Program-made: the position numbers and the translations under genes
Source of the DNA: Lama guanicoe
Lineage: Eukaryota
NCBI GenBank assembly: GCA_013239625.1
Contig: MU053629.1
Location: 1,391,567-1,455,566 of the forward strand
Length of the DNA: 64,000 nt
Direction of reading: 5' to 3'
Shown: positions 25,517 through 38,399 of the stretch, in pieces
Numbering within the stretch: the stretch's first letter is position 1
Layout of the letters: each line of letters opens with the position of its first letter
Notes under the pieces: model-generated
Databases searched by the model: none
Told to the model about the DNA's origin: nothing
Seen by the model: only the letters and a program-made list of their open reading frames with translations

Positions 25517-25959
25517 ATAAAGAATGGGCAGAAGATCGGCCTGGACATTTTCCCAAAGACATACAGAGGGCCATCAGGTACATGAAAAGATGCTCAACAT
25601 CATTAATTATCAAGGAAGTAAAAATAAAAACCACAGAGAAATACCACCTCACACCTGACAGAATGGCTGTCATCAAGAAGTTAACAAATAACGAGTGTTG
25701 GCAAGGACGTAGAGATAAGGGAACCTTTGTGCGCTGTTAGTGGGAATGTAAATTGGTGCGGCCACTGTGTATGGAGTTTCCTCAAATTAAACGTAGAACT
25801 ATCATACGATCCAGTAGTTATACTTCTGGCTTATTCATCCAAAGAAAATGGAAACACTAATGTGAAAAGATATATGCACCCCCATGTTCATTGCAGCATA
25901 GCCAAGATATGGAAACAACCTAAGTGTCCATTGATGGATGAATGGATAAAGAAAGCGTG

Positions 25960-25980
25960 ACACACACACACACACACACA
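25960..25980. repeat. (CA)n microsatellite
   Basis: acacacacacacacacacaca. Confidence 0.9.
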
Positions 25981-26595
25981 GGAATATAATTCAGTCATGA
26001 AAAAGAATGAAATCTTGCTATTTGGGACAACATGGATGGATCTTAAAGGCATTGTGCTAAATAAAGTAAGTTAGAGAAAGACAAATACCATATGATTTCA
26101 CTTATATATGGAATCTGAAAAAAAAAACAGTTCATAGACACAACAGATTGGTGGGTGCCAGAACCAGGGGTGGGGGTGGGCAAAAGGGGTGAACAGAGTC
26201 AAAGAGTCAAAATTTACAAACTTGCACTTAGAAAGTCAGGGAGAAGGTAATGTAAGGCACGCCGACTATAGTTAATACTGCACTGCATATTTGAAAGTTA
26301 CTAAGAGGGTAAATCTTAAATGTTCTCATCGGAAGAAAAAAAATGTTGTCACTTATGTATGGTGACTAATGATAAGTAGGTTTACTGTGATCAAAGAGGG
26401 CTGCCGCACAGCGTGCCCCTGCACCACTCTAGGGGGTGCCATTCACAGACACTGGCTCATCACATCCTGGAGAACCCATTTCTTTATCGTAGTGGAGGGT
26501 ACAAAAGCATGCATATTTTTCTCTGGAAAACATTAATTCTTTACAGAACAATACATACATGTTTATACGGACTTCTGAATATACTACTAATATAA

Positions 26596-26800
26596 CAGGA
26601 GGCAGCAAACATTTTTTATAAGGGGCTAGATGGTAGCTATTTTAGGCTTTGGGGCAAATACTGTGTCACAACTACTCGCTCCTGTGGTTGTGGTATAAAA
26701 GCAGTCAGAGCATATAAACGAGTGGGCAGACTTTAAATGCAGTTTGGAGCAGAACCAGGTGGCTGGATTTGGCTTGGGGCCAAAGTTGACCAAACTCCAG
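26596..26800. mobile_element. MER58A-like hAT-Charlie element
   Basis: caggaggcagcaaac...attttaggctttg...cacaactactc...ggctggatttggc...gttgaccaaactc resembles MER58A. Confidence 0.7.
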
Positions 26801-27381
26801 ATTACAGTTAAATCTTCAAAAGAAAAAATATCCAGGTCATCCAGGGGGGTTTGAGTAGAGTGTGAAACAAAGGATTCACGGGAGATGAAGTAGCAGGAAG
26901 GTCAGTAATGCAGCTTCTGTAATCCGTGTTTGCTCTTTAATAAGTTATGGCTGTGAAAATGTTTGATCTAAATTTGACTTTTGTATGAACTTGGCACTTT
27001 GTCCTTTGTTATGTAAGATATTGAGAGAAAATTGCTATTTTAACCTTGATTTCATTAGGGAACCATTTTTGTCAGAATTCTCCAGATTAATTCTTTCATT
27101 AATAATAGCAAACCCAGCAATATCATCTGTCATTCATTGATTGTCCCCAGATGCCAGGCACATTATACACATTATTTGTCTTCCACACAACAGTTCTTCA
27201 ATGCAGACTTTTTTTGGTCTCCATTTTGCAACCAAGAAAGGCTGACTTTCTCACGATCATGTAGCTGATAAACCTGAGATCTGAACCTGAGCTGCTCAGC
27301 TTCAGAGTTCAGTGTCTTTTCTGCAGCACGCTGCCTCTATAAGAGATACCCTGTTTTAATGCTGCCACAATTTGGTTTTAG

Positions 27382-27500
27382 ATTGTCTTCGCAGTTTTAC
27401 TGACTTAGAAGAACTTGATGAAACAGAGTTATACATGTGCCACAAGTGTAAGAAAAAACAAAAGTCCACTAAAAAGTTTTGGATTCAAAAACTACCCAAG
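27382..27500 (+). CDS. USP3: USP3 coding exon (approx. exon 12)
   Basis: ggttttag acceptor and AAG|gtaagt donor; (D)CLRSFTDLEELDETELYMCHKCKKKQKSTKKFWIQKLPK. Confidence 0.96.
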
Positions 27501-27689
27501 GTAAGTGTTGAGTTTTAAATTATAATGCAATTTTGAGGGGAAAAAATGCTTATGACCGATTGGGAGACAAAGTATTTTTCTAACTTTATACTATGTGATC
27601 TGTTCTGCATCGGTCTCTAGGGTTTTCAGTAAAGCTAAATAAACCCTTTGAGAATTCATAAGTAAATGTGTCCTGGTCACCATTTACAG

Positions 27690-28482
27690 TGTGTGGAGGG
27701 GGGCGTTTTCCCACTACGCCACTAACAAGCAATTCTTTGACACCGTGGGTGTCCTGCAGTTCAGCCCAGTTCTGACAGCCCCACAAGACCGTCCTCCCCA
27801 TCAGACCCCCGTCACAAGCCCAGGCTGTTACCCTGTGCATGCTTCTCCACAAAACCACAGACTGACGGCTCCCACGGCCCCTCCCCGGACTTCAGACACT
27901 TGAGCTGCAAGTCCACGTTGTGACCTGTGCTTCTGACTGACTGGCCATAAATCAGAGGTTCCCACGGCCCCCTCCTTGCGTTCTATTAATTTGCTAGAGC
28001 AGCTCATAGAACTCAGGAAACACATTTACTCACTAGATTACCGGTTTATTACAAAGGATGTTAAAGGATATGAGTCAACCACCAGATGAAGAGATACAAA
28101 GGGTGAAGACTTGAACAGAGGAGCTTCTGCCTCGTGGAGTTTGGGGCCCGGCATGGTGGCAGGTGGAAGCGTAATGGTTCCCCAACCTGGAAGCTCTCCA
28201 GACCCTGTCCTTTTGGGCTTCATTCCACAGGCATGACTGGTTAAGTCACAGGCAGCCCAACTTCCAGTCCCTCTCCCCTCTGGGGGTTCGGGGGGTGGGC
28301 TCAAAGTTCCAGCTCTCTCGTCTCAACTGGCTCTCTTGGCCACAAGCCCCCGTACCTCATTAACATAACAAAAGGCACTTTTATGGCACTCTTCACTTGC
28401 AAATTTTAAGGGTTTTAGGAGTTCTGTGCCAGATAAAGGAGACAAAGACTAAATACATATTATTATAAATCACAGTATCACA
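27690..28482 (-). mobile_element. Solo LTR, MER21-like
   Basis: TG...CA ends; 'gctagagcagctcatagaactcagg', 'ccggtttattacaaaggat', 'tattataaatcacagtatcaca' are typical of a reversed MER21. Confidence 0.75.
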
Positions 28483-28641
28483 GTGAGGTATTCATGGGAG
28501 AAACGAGTAACAAGAATCAAGAGAAAACCTGGTAGGCCGCCTAAAAATTATTTAAGAGACAAGTAGTTAACAAGTAGTTAATTCTGACCGAAAGGTAAAC
28601 CAAGTGTGTGTTCATAATTTTTGTCTTTCTCTTTCATCCAG

Positions 28642-28755
28642 GTGCTGTGCTTACATTTGAAAAGATTTCATTGGACAGCATATTTAAGAAACAAAGTTGA
28701 CACATACGTAGAATTTCCACTGAGAGGCCTAGACATGAAATGCTACTTACTAGAG
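28642..28755 (+). CDS. USP3: USP3 coding exon (approx. exon 13)
   Basis: catccag acceptor and GAG|gtaagg donor; [38 protein letters not shown] (USP LKRF motif). Confidence 0.96.
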
Positions 28756-28912
28756 GTAAGGCGATCACCGCCGTCAGCCGGGGGGAAAATGGCTCTTCAG
28801 TGAAGTCAGGTTTTCGCGGAGGGAAGGTAGAGGAGGCTGAGGGAGGGAGGTGCTGATGTCACTGACCACTGCTCCTAACTCAGCCTGGGGCCCCGTCTGC
28901 CTTGCCCTGCAG

Positions 28913-28980
28913 CCCGAGAACAGCGGCCCGGAGAGCTGCCTGTACGACCTCGCTGCCGTGGTGGTGCACCATGGCTCTGG
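28913..28980 (+). CDS. USP3: USP3 coding exon (approx. exon 14)
   Basis: ccctgcag acceptor and GG|gtgagt donor; PENSGPESCLYDLAAVVVHHGS(G), start of the His box. Confidence 0.95.
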
Positions 28981-29299
28981 GTGAGTGTGCCGGGGCGCTC
29001 CTCAGGGCGGGGGGCGGCACAGCGAAGGCCCCCAAGTTTGTACCACTCTTGGTAATTCTCCTCTAACTCCCTAAACAATGGATTCACTCTGTTAAAGTGA
29101 AGGAGTGAAGGAGAACTTTCCTTCAGTGTTGGTGGGCAAGAATAGGCCTGAGGGGGTGTTGCTAAGCATGAAGAGAAGGCACATAAAAGCAGAGGGGAGA
29201 AGCTTGCATTTGAGCCTAGCGTTCAGAATCCACCCAGTGTCTACAAAATTCTGACTAGTCTTTACTCCATCTGGTATTTAAATGGGCGGAAAGGGGGGA

Positions 29300-30050
29300 T
29301 TATTTAGAATAACTTACTTCATGTCATCTAGCTCACAGGTGCATTTCTTATTTTGTTAGGTAACATTCTTGGTCACTTTCTTTCCCTGAAAGCCTGGATT
29401 AGGGGCGTATACCTTCTGATAGTTGATCTGCTTGAGAATGGCAGCTTTTCCTGCAGACTTGGCAAACCACTCTCCATGCTGAAAATTCTTTTTTCCCTCT
29501 GAACTCTGTAGACACTGTTCCACTGACTTTACCATTCATAGTTATAAATGGCAAGGCCACATGTCTGTGCATTTCTGGTGTTTTTTGCCCTCCTGAAGGT
29601 TACAGGATTCTGTCCTTAGGCTTAAGGAGTTACATCAGACGTATTTCTGTTTGGTGTTGACAGGGACACCTTTAGTCCAGTGTCTTCAGCTCATGGAAGT
29701 GTTTGTTCCACCCCAATCTGTTTTCTTCTGGAACCCCTATTAAATGTATAGTGAATTTCCTAGATCTTTCACACATTTTAACTATTCTTTAATGATTTCC
29801 ATCTTTTTGTTTCTAAAGACTGCCATGGCTCCCCCCACCCCAGATCACCACTCTTGGCTCATCTGTATCCAAGCTGAAGATTAGCTCCTCCATGAAGTTT
29901 TTATATTGTGGCAATCACATTTTTCTGATAACTCTTTTTCATAACAGCCTATTTTTGTTTCATGGTTGCAATATCTTTGTGAAGCCATTGGTACTAATTT
30001 GATTTTCTGCATTAAATTCCTCAGTGGTTAACTATTTTATCATTCTTCCT
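29300..30050 (-). mobile_element. Very old L1/HAL1-like remnant
   Basis: T-rich strand with 'ttcagctcatggaa' and 'ttcttctggaacccctatt' motifs; weak support. Confidence 0.35.
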
Positions 30051-30718
30051 GGCATTTCACTTCCATATTATTTTTCTCCCCTCAAGGGTTTGCTTTTTCG
30101 TTGTTTATTCAGAATCATCATAACCAGTGCAACTGGCTGTTCTGGGTAAAGGGGAAGGGCTTCTCTAGCAGCTGACGGTCTCTGCTCTGCTCTGCCTGCA
30201 GGCTCCCCGCTCGCTGGGAGGGCTGACCCGGGGCTCCCTGTGTGAGTGGGGGGGTCACGCGGAGAGAGAAAGGCCCTTGGTGCCAGAGGAGGAGGGGAGG
30301 AAGGTGCTTCCTTGAAGGCAGCTCCTAAGGCTCTCACGGGAAGTCTGGTCCTGAGTTTTCCACAGGCCTTGGCATGTGCTTGTTAGGTTGAAAGCTCCTT
30401 CCCTGTTTGGTTTCTCCGTTAATCCAGTGCCCTGTGAATACTGCTTTGTGTGCTCCAGAAAACCCTCAATTTCTAGTCAGTCCACAGCTCTCTCCCTCCT
30501 GCCTTCCAGGGTCAGTATTATCCTGGTCATTTCAGTGGGTTTTGCGGCGATAAATATGTGAGCTCAATCAACCTTCTTAAACTACAAGTCTCCAGAATTG
30601 GTTCTTAAATAACAGGACTTATTAAAACGTATTGTTTATCTCATAATTTATATGTTTGTACAGATCCCTTTGTGATTTCTGTAGTCTTTTCCTTTGATCA
30701 TTTGACTTTCCCTTGCAG

Positions 30719-30884
30719 AGTCGGTTCTGGACATTACACGGCATATGCAACTCACGAAGGCCGCTGGTTCCATTTCAATGACAGTACTGTAACGCTGACC
30801 GATGAAGACACCGTAGTGAAGGCCAAGGCCTACATCCTTTTTTACGTGGAACGCCAGGCTAAAGCTGGATCGGATAAACTTTAA
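30719..30884 (+). CDS. USP3: USP3 last coding exon, with catalytic His and Asp and the stop codon
   Basis: ccttgcag acceptor; [54 protein letters not shown]; His codon 30732-30734, Asp codon 30780-30782, TAA 30882-30884. Confidence 0.97.
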
Positions 30885-31474
30885 TACCTCCTCCCAATCA
30901 TTATTCATCAACTATACCGGACAAACATTTCCAGTTTTCCATAAATACTTGATCCAAGATTTAATTTCATTATGCACTTTTCAGTTTCCTATTTTGAGTT
31001 TAGCTTTATTTTGTCAATGGTAGTGACGTACTGAACGTGGGCACCAACTAATTTCTTTTTAGTTCTACCAGAAAACCTCAGCAGATGTTTTGATTTGCTG
31101 CTTTAGTTGTAATAATTCAGTTTTTATACGTAGTTTCAGGAACTTAGTTCTACTTGACTTTTTTATATTACTGTTTTCAGTTCTCACTCTGAGGCACATT
31201 TGCATCAATGCTTTGTACTCTCACATGCCGAAAGCAAGACGTGTTCCTGATGGTGCAGAGCAGAGTCACCGCCTGCTGCCTTCTCACAGCCGTGGTGGAG
31301 ATCAGGTTGGCTCTAAGTCAAGGACCATGTGTGCACGTAGCCTGCGGCCACGAGATCTCAGTGACTGCTCAGTAATCATTCTCTTTGCTTGTAAACGGTA
31401 ATGAAGGGCATCATTACGTAGACCGGGTGACTGCTGATCTTGGTACCCCTCAAAGCTGCTGTTTATCAGCACCC

Positions 31475-31484
31475 ATTAAATAAA
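31475..31484 (+). terminator. Candidate USP3 polyadenylation signal
   Basis: Overlapping ATTAAA/AATAAA (attaaataaa) about 600 nt after the stop, followed by a T/GT-rich tract. Confidence 0.6.
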
Positions 31485-32559
31485 TTTGTTGGTTCAGTTG
31501 TACCTATACTGCAAATTCAAAAATTACTTATACTTTTTCCTTCTGGTTTGGGGACATTTTTTGTTTTCATGGAGGAGACAGGGGTACGGAAAAGTCCAAG
31601 TAAGACCAAATACACTTAAGTCTTTAAAAAACTCTGTGACTCAGCTACATGTATCCAGGTGTTGTCCGGTGTGATGAAACCATAGCTCGGTCTGCCCTTC
31701 TGAGCCAGCGCCTAGGTCCCCGCTTAGCTGCGGCTCTGGGATGAACCGCACACCCACGTCAGTCCTGCTGCTTGCTTGGCCATCTGAGGCTGAGACGATA
31801 ACCTCAGAATTGATTCTGATGCACCTGCACTTCAGGCAACACCGTGGGGTCTGTTTCCACCAAAGGAAACTAGAGTTTTTCCTACTCTGTAAGTTTTAAC
31901 AACCCTCATAGGCCTATCCTGATAGCAGAGCAAGATGAAAGCATTCTCATTTTGCATGAAGTAAGGTTTCTTTTCTTGAGTTTAGTAGCCTTCGTTTTAA
32001 AGTTGTTTTCAAGGAAAACAGGTACCAGCACTATTTAGATTCAACTCAACTTCAAGTCCGGAACCAGAAGCCCATCTATGAAGGTAGCTGTGACTTCTGC
32101 AAGTGCTCCAGGCCAGCCCACTGACCTTAGGGCGCTCGGGGCATGACGTGCAAGTTCATGAGAAGGAAGGGCCTCCAGACGGGCCTGTGGGCTGTGGCCG
32201 CGCACATTTTCGTGTTCACTCCTTGTCCCAACCAGTATTCTCCTCCCTTCCCAGTTCTCTACGCTTGTTACAAGGGGCAGGATGTATTTCTTATTAAGCC
32301 AGCCAACCAGGCTTTTTGTTAATTTTGTTTTTTCTGTTAAAAGGAAAAACGGCCCAGAGTTTCTTAAGTGTATGAATGTAAAAAAAAAAGGTCGGGTGGC
32401 TCTCCTCCCAGGTCGGACATCTGAAGTTGCAGGAGCGATGTGCTCCATTTCCACTTTAATACTAGCTGGATAATCCCGCATTTTCTCAGAGCAGAATACA
32501 TCTGGGAAGCACTTTAATATGACCAGGAGCAAATTACAACTGTGTGTAAACTTGTACTA

Positions 32560-32745
32560 GCCAGTACAGCGGTCAGTGGCCGTATGTGGGTCATTACATG
32601 TTCATTTTTATTAAAAATAAGTTAAAAACCCAGTTCTTCAGTCACACTGGCCACATTTCAAGTGCTCAGCAGCCACACCTGGCACAGGACCGGGCAGGCC
32701 TGGGACAGCTCCACCCGTGTGCAGTTCTCTTAGACAGCCTGCTCT
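32560..32745. mobile_element. MER3/MER33-like remnant
   Basis: cagttcttcagtcacactggccacatttcaagtgctcagcagccaca. Confidence 0.6.
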
Positions 32746-35700
32746 GCATTTTCACTCCAGAGAAAAAGGCTTTGCCTTAGAACTTAGACACAGAGACCAC
32801 AGAGGATAACTAAGAAGGAAGCATGTATTTAAAATAGCTTACAATGCTGAATTACACAGGTCAAGCTACATGAAATTGTATTTGATTTTTGATCTACAAA
32901 AGTGACAGTTTCACACAGTTTGATCTGTATCAGTACATTAACACATTTCATCGAACTTGAAATGTGCACCTCCTTTGATCTTGCTCTTATGAATCCAGGC
33001 CCTTTTGCTTCGAAGGCACACAGCTGTAACTTCTAACACGGGCTTAGATCATCAGTCTCTGAATAGGCAGTGGTTACAACTCCAACAAGGAAGCCTCGGG
33101 CAGTGCTGATGGGGGAAAGTGGCCTTTATACCAGATGGAACTTACAACAGACCAGACTCCTTTGTTGGGGAACTGGTCCTCGACGGGCAACACTGTCGGC
33201 GTAGGAGATGAACATACCTCCCCTTTGAATTGTATAGTGTTTTTCTTTCTTTTACTTCAGCAGAAGTGTTTTAAGGATATCACGAAGGTCTTTGGAAAAG
33301 TGACTGGATCCATCTGAACTGTGCACTTGAACACCAGTGATGTAAATGTGCCAATTTGTATTTTAAAATTTAACTGTGCCGCCTTATCACACCTACTTCA
33401 AAGGCTGACCCTTGTGCTCTCCGGGGCTCTTCCCTTGTGCCGCGTCGCCTCTAGCACGTGTGTGGCTTCTCACTCAGCTCGTGCTGAGGCAGGGCCTCGT
33501 GCCGAGTCACAGGGCTCTTTGGAACAAGAAAACTTGCTCAGAAGTCCTCCCACACAGGTGGGTGACAGGGACAGTGTGTGACAACACAAATCTCTCTCCA
33601 TGGTGGAGAAACCTTTGCTTATCCACTGTATTCTGCTCAGTGTCTAGTGATGACAAATGTCACAGAATTAAACCAGCAAAGCGTATGGCCCGGGTTAAGT
33701 GTTAAATGTGTATCTCACCTGTGGAACCTCCTTAGCAGCTTGGTTTCTGGGACTGGGGACATGCTTATTTCCTGAAGCCAAACCTCTCCTTCGCTGGGTT
33801 AGTATACGAACGTCTGCTTAGATCCACTCGTCCCACCTCCATCATCCTCTGATTTCTCTCACGTTCCCTCTGTTCCTGACGTGGCCTTTCCACTCGGGTC
33901 CTGGGGAAGCTTCTGCAGCCAGGACATGTGTCCCAGGTGACTAGCGTGTGGCTGCAGGAGGGCGCCCCCAGCAAGGCAGAGGGGGGCGGGTGGTGGCGGC
34001 GTGCTGCAGCCCAGGGTCTGGGCATGGCCTCACCGGGTGCACACCTTCCCCCTCAGGTCTGCCCAGGCTGCCCTCCACTAGCACTGGCTGGGCTGTGATG
34101 TGATCATTCCTGCTAAAACCTAGTTTGTATGATGCCGAGAGGATTAACTGTGCAAGTGATCGACTTCATTTACGTTGTAATCACATCCCTTTTCTGCTTC
34201 ACCAGCCTGAACTGTTTTATGGAAATACCATTAAAGATCTGGTCTCTTTCCTTTTGACATTACTTCTGAACACTTTTCAGTGGAGCAAAGTAAATGCAGT
34301 ACCTGCTCAAGCTACAGGCCTTGTGAGTCAGTCAAAAGAGAGTAGTGGGTTTTCACAAACCCCTCACTGCGAGGGGCTGCTGGAGTGACCCGAGGGGCAG
34401 GTGGTGGTCGGAGCTCTCCTCTAGTGCCTGCAGGCAGGCACCCTCGCTAAGGGACTTCATCCTGTCTTTCCTCATGACACTGTCTATGTAAAACTGAGGA
34501 CCACTTGCCTCCTTCAGAGCCAGATTCTACCCTGAGGAACGAGCTCTGGGGTTCTGAGCAACGGATCACCTTATTTTAAAGTCAAATAGGCCAAATAAGT
34601 GCTGTTAAAAATACACGTTCTGCTTTACGGTAAGCTCCTAAACACTGCCTCGCTTCCCCATGCCCCCTGCAAACCGAAGAAACAAGAACCACCCTGTGTC
34701 TACACCCAGCATTTTTCTGTTACCTATTTGGCTGTTCCTATCAGTCTTCTAAAATTGAAGACGGAGGCGCCTGCAACCCAAATGGTTTTGCCTTCTGCTC
34801 CCATATCGCACGCTTCCTCTTGGCTGCTGTGCTGCTCAGAGGCTGTGCAGCTGCTGCTGCCGCAGCCAAGAAGCAAGAGGCAGGGCGCTGGCATCACAGC
34901 ACCCCGGGCCGCAAGCCAGCTCCCTCCCTGCAGGCAGGCCAGCACGCGGGCCCCCCTGCGTTCTGGGATGCTTCCCGCAACCCAGAAGCAGCAGAGGGGC
35001 CAAGCCCCACCGCTTGCCCTGCCCGTCTCCTGCTGCTCGTGCAGGGCTGCAGGAATATGGCTGGGAAACCTCAGAAACCTCGGGGACCAAGGTGACTCCC
35101 TGCTATGGCTGGCATGCTCACACTGCTCTGCCTTTCAAGAAGGTGAAAGACCCAGGGGTCAGCACTCCGAAAAGTACTGGTTTTGAAAGGATCTGGGAGG
35201 GAACGCGGCGATAATGAGGCTTCCTACTAAACCCGACTGCGCTGCAGCACTGCCTTCTGCGTGGATGAGCACAATGAGAGCCCAGAGAGGGGCTGTGGCT
35301 GTCCGCTGAAACTCTGAACAGCTAAAATGATCAGCTTGAAACATTAGCAGTAGCTAGTCATCCTTTCCTTGAGAAACACTTCTTCCATTTGGCTGTTTCT
35401 TGGTTTATGTTGTTTTTAAGAAAAGACACCCCTTCCACTTCACCTTGTCAATGTCTGGGTAGCTGAGGCCGAGAGGACACAGGAGCGGGCTGGCCCCCGT
35501 CCTTCCTTGGCTGCGTTCTGCTTTTACAGGCACAGCTGCACCAGGCCTACCAGGTTGTAGTTCCAGGAGAGGGAGCCGTTCCTTCCAACCCCAATTACAG
35601 GGGGGAAGGAGCAAAGGTAGCCCCTGAGGTGCTGCTCGCTGGTCTAGCAGAGGACAAGCCGGTTCCTCACCTCACCACTGACCCTCAAACCAACCAACCA

Positions 35701-36645
35701 GTACACGGGGCCGGCAGTTCACAGGAGGGGGACTGTGGTAGTGTCGGCCGAAGGACTGGGAGCAAAGCGGTATTAGATAATGGATCCATGGATGAAACTC
35801 TCAGTTACTTCAGGGAGGGAGAACTTAATGCTGCTTACTGCCAGGAACTGAGGATGTAAGGAGGATGGTGTGTGGCTGGCTCAAAGGGCAAGCTCAGACT
35901 GAAATACTTCAGTTTAAAGTTGTTTCAAAAGTTTTGTAATAAAAGCGACCTCATTCATCCTGACATTTTGGGAAATACAGGCTAGATACAGCAGAGCACA
36001 CCACTGGAAAAATGTAACGCCAAGTGAACTTAAGATGTGACACAAACACACAGAAGAACCTTGGAGAGAGAAGTTACTTAAGATAAATCTTTCTTGAAAC
36101 AACTCAGGGTAAGAATAGAGCCAGTTGGGAGACCAAGGAAATCCCTTTGCCTGGAGGAGGCAGCAGGATTGGAATAATTTAGCCTATTCTGGGAACTACC
36201 ACTACTGAGCAAAAGTACCAGAAAAAAAGAGGTGTTACCCATGGCTTCTGCTTATACCTCTGAGTACAAAACTGTCACCCTTAGCTCTTTATAGACAACA
36301 GGCTTCATCCCACTAAGGACAGAGCAAAAGACTCATACTGATGTCCTAGAAAATATGAACAGATACTGTTTACAATTATAGTCCCTCCCAGTGAGTACAG
36401 ACTGCAAGCGCAGACAGAGGGGTCTACCAGCCAGCTTGAGTGAAAATGCCTCAGGAAAAGCCAAAAGAGCTCTCTGCCTAACACCACTGTCAGCTAAAAA
36501 GAAAAGAAAAATCCCTTTTAAGGGATTTAACTTCAATATGCTGCTTTTCTGCCAGGATTTTCAATTCCTCTGAACAGAAGCTGAGCCACAGACGGCTGCA
36601 CGTATGTCTGGGTCCTGGCTTCCCCCTTCCTCAGAGCAGCCGCAC

Positions 36646-36689
36646 CAGTTGCTGGCCAAAAATAAACACCATTCCTCAACCATATATGT
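36646..36689 (+). promoter_or_regulatory. FBXL22 proximal promoter with muscle-type motifs
   Basis: E-box CAGTTG 36646, MEF2-like CCAAAAATAA 36656, MCAT CATTCCT 36670 and CArG/TATA-like CCATATATGT 36680, all 84-127 nt upstream of the ATG. Confidence 0.6.
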
Positions 36690-36772
36690 CCACCAGCCCA
36701 GAGCTGGGGAGGAGCGGCAGGAGGTAGGTCAGGTCCCTGGGCTCCAGCCACACTCAGTGGCTGCCGCGCACC

Positions 36773-37107
36773 ATGCACATCACCCAGCTCAACCGGGAGT
36801 GCCTGCTGCACCTCTTCTCCTTCCTGGACAGGGACAGCAGGAAGAACCTTGCCAGCACCTGCCCCCAGCTTCAGGACGTCTTTGAGGACCCCGCACTCTG
36901 GCCCCTGCTGCACTTCCGTTCCCTCACAGAACTCAAGAAGGACAACTTCCTCCTGAGCCCGGCGCTCCGGAGCCTCTCCATCTGCTGGCACTCCAGCCGC
37001 GTGCAGGTGTGCAGCATTGAGGACTGGCTCAAGAGCGCCCTCCAGAGGAGCATCTGCAGCCGCCACGAGAGCCTGGTCAATGATTTCCTCCTCCAGGTGT
37101 GCGACAG
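36773..37107 (+). CDS. FBXL22: FBXL22 exon 1 (F-box domain)
   Basis: gcaccATGc start; [43 protein letters not shown]...FLLQVCD(R); AG|gtaggc donor. Confidence 0.96.
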
Positions 37108-37734
37108 GTAGGCCACATGCCGGCTCTGCCATCCAGAGCTCTCTGAGGCCTCTGTGGGCAGGGAAGAGCCAATTACAGACCAGGATGGCTCCGCCTCAGG
37201 GAGCCCCAGACTAGGCCCAAGGTAGGCCTCCCAGGCCCGCGCACAGCACAGTCCTCAGACGATGGATAACATCACAGGGGAAAACAGGTGCCAGTCCTCC
37301 CCCTAGCCTCACACGTCCTCGAGCTGCTTCTGCAAAAAGGAAGAACAAGGCTTCCGCTGTCCCTGCCTTTCGGGCAGCTGTCCTCTCTGGCACCCATTAA
37401 GTGCTGGGTGGGTCCAGCTAGGCCTCAGTTTTCAAGGTCAGGCCCCAGGAAAAGGTTCCAACATTCAGCAATCAGCTCACCCCTTACTTTGCCCCTGGGA
37501 AGCAAACCCTGTGAAATGCAGCTGAGGAAGCAGAACTAGGGTGCCCTGGGTTAGCGGAACCGAGCAAGGTCCTGGGAGCAGGGGTAGCAATAAATAATGG
37601 TTTCCTATTAGATAAATAATGGTTAACTAATCTCTACAGCAGAAGGACAGAGTGTTTTAGCCTAAGTTTTCAAATGAGTAAACCAAAGCTCTGCGAGGTT
37701 ATGTCATTTGCTCCATGGTCTATGACTGCTGAAT

Positions 37735-37842
37735 TTCAGCAAATAAGAATTCAAGAGGCCCAGTTAAATTTGATTTCAGGTAGATGGAATAATGTTTGGC
37801 ATAAGTACACCCCAAATACATCTTGTATTTGATGTGTCAACC
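37735..37842. mobile_element. MER53-like hAT remnant
   Basis: cccagttaaatttgatttcag...cataagtacaccccaaata. Confidence 0.45.
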
Positions 37843-38399
37843 CACCCCGGGCACAGAGGCTGAGCCACAGGCGAGACTCCCTTTACAGTCACAGCCTCCT
37901 GCCCAGCAAACACCAAGCAAGAACTTATGTCTTCAGCCAGGCTCTCACTGAGCCTTCACTGGTCCTGTCCTGCCTCTGAGGAAAGGCACTCCCTTGGTTA
38001 CTAAGTTCAGCCAATTTGCTGCCACCCAGGTTTAACAGCTGCTGTATCCTAGCAGCCCGGCAAGGAATCAAAGGAAATAATGTAGTGGCCCCACCCTTTT
38101 TTTTTTTCCCCCTAAGGCAGTAGGAAGAAAACAGAAGATGGACTTGGGGCTGGACAGGACACTGCCATTTTGATGGGTTCAACAAGGCCCAGACTCAGAC
38201 AGGAGGGTGACATATATTGGGGGTAGTGGGGCTTGCTCTGAAGTTGTTCCATTCTTGTGAGAGAACCAGGTTTAATCGCCTCAACCAGTAAGGTGTGGAG
38301 TGGACCTTCCAGGCCACTGTGTGTGCACAGCAAGGGTCCCTAGTGTCACACACAAAAGCAAAGGGCTTTGTGGTCAAGGTTCTGTGCTGAGTCCCCCAC

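Larger units (their letters stand above)
18990..26390 (+). mobile_element. Near-full-length decayed L1 in sense orientation (repetitive 5' UTR ~19000-21180, ORF1 relic ~21190-21970, ORF2 relic ~22430-25960, 3' UTR)
   Basis: ORF1-like 'aacatttgcattagaggagttccagaa', endonuclease-like 'ICCLQET' and 'ggggactttaatacccca', RT-like 'tttgcagctgacatgg', L1MA-type 3' end 'aaatcttaaatgttctcatc'. Confidence 0.9.

Noticed and set aside
34599..35186. 195-aa ORF between USP3 and FBXL22
   Set aside because: GTG start, low-complexity GC-rich composition, no recognisable domain or splice structure
36604..36885. Possible overlapping uORF for FBXL22
   Set aside because: Its ATG lies upstream of the putative promoter motifs, so it is probably not in the mRNA
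36533..37132. 199-aa minus-strand ORF
   Set aside because: Antisense shadow of the GC-rich FBXL22 exon 1
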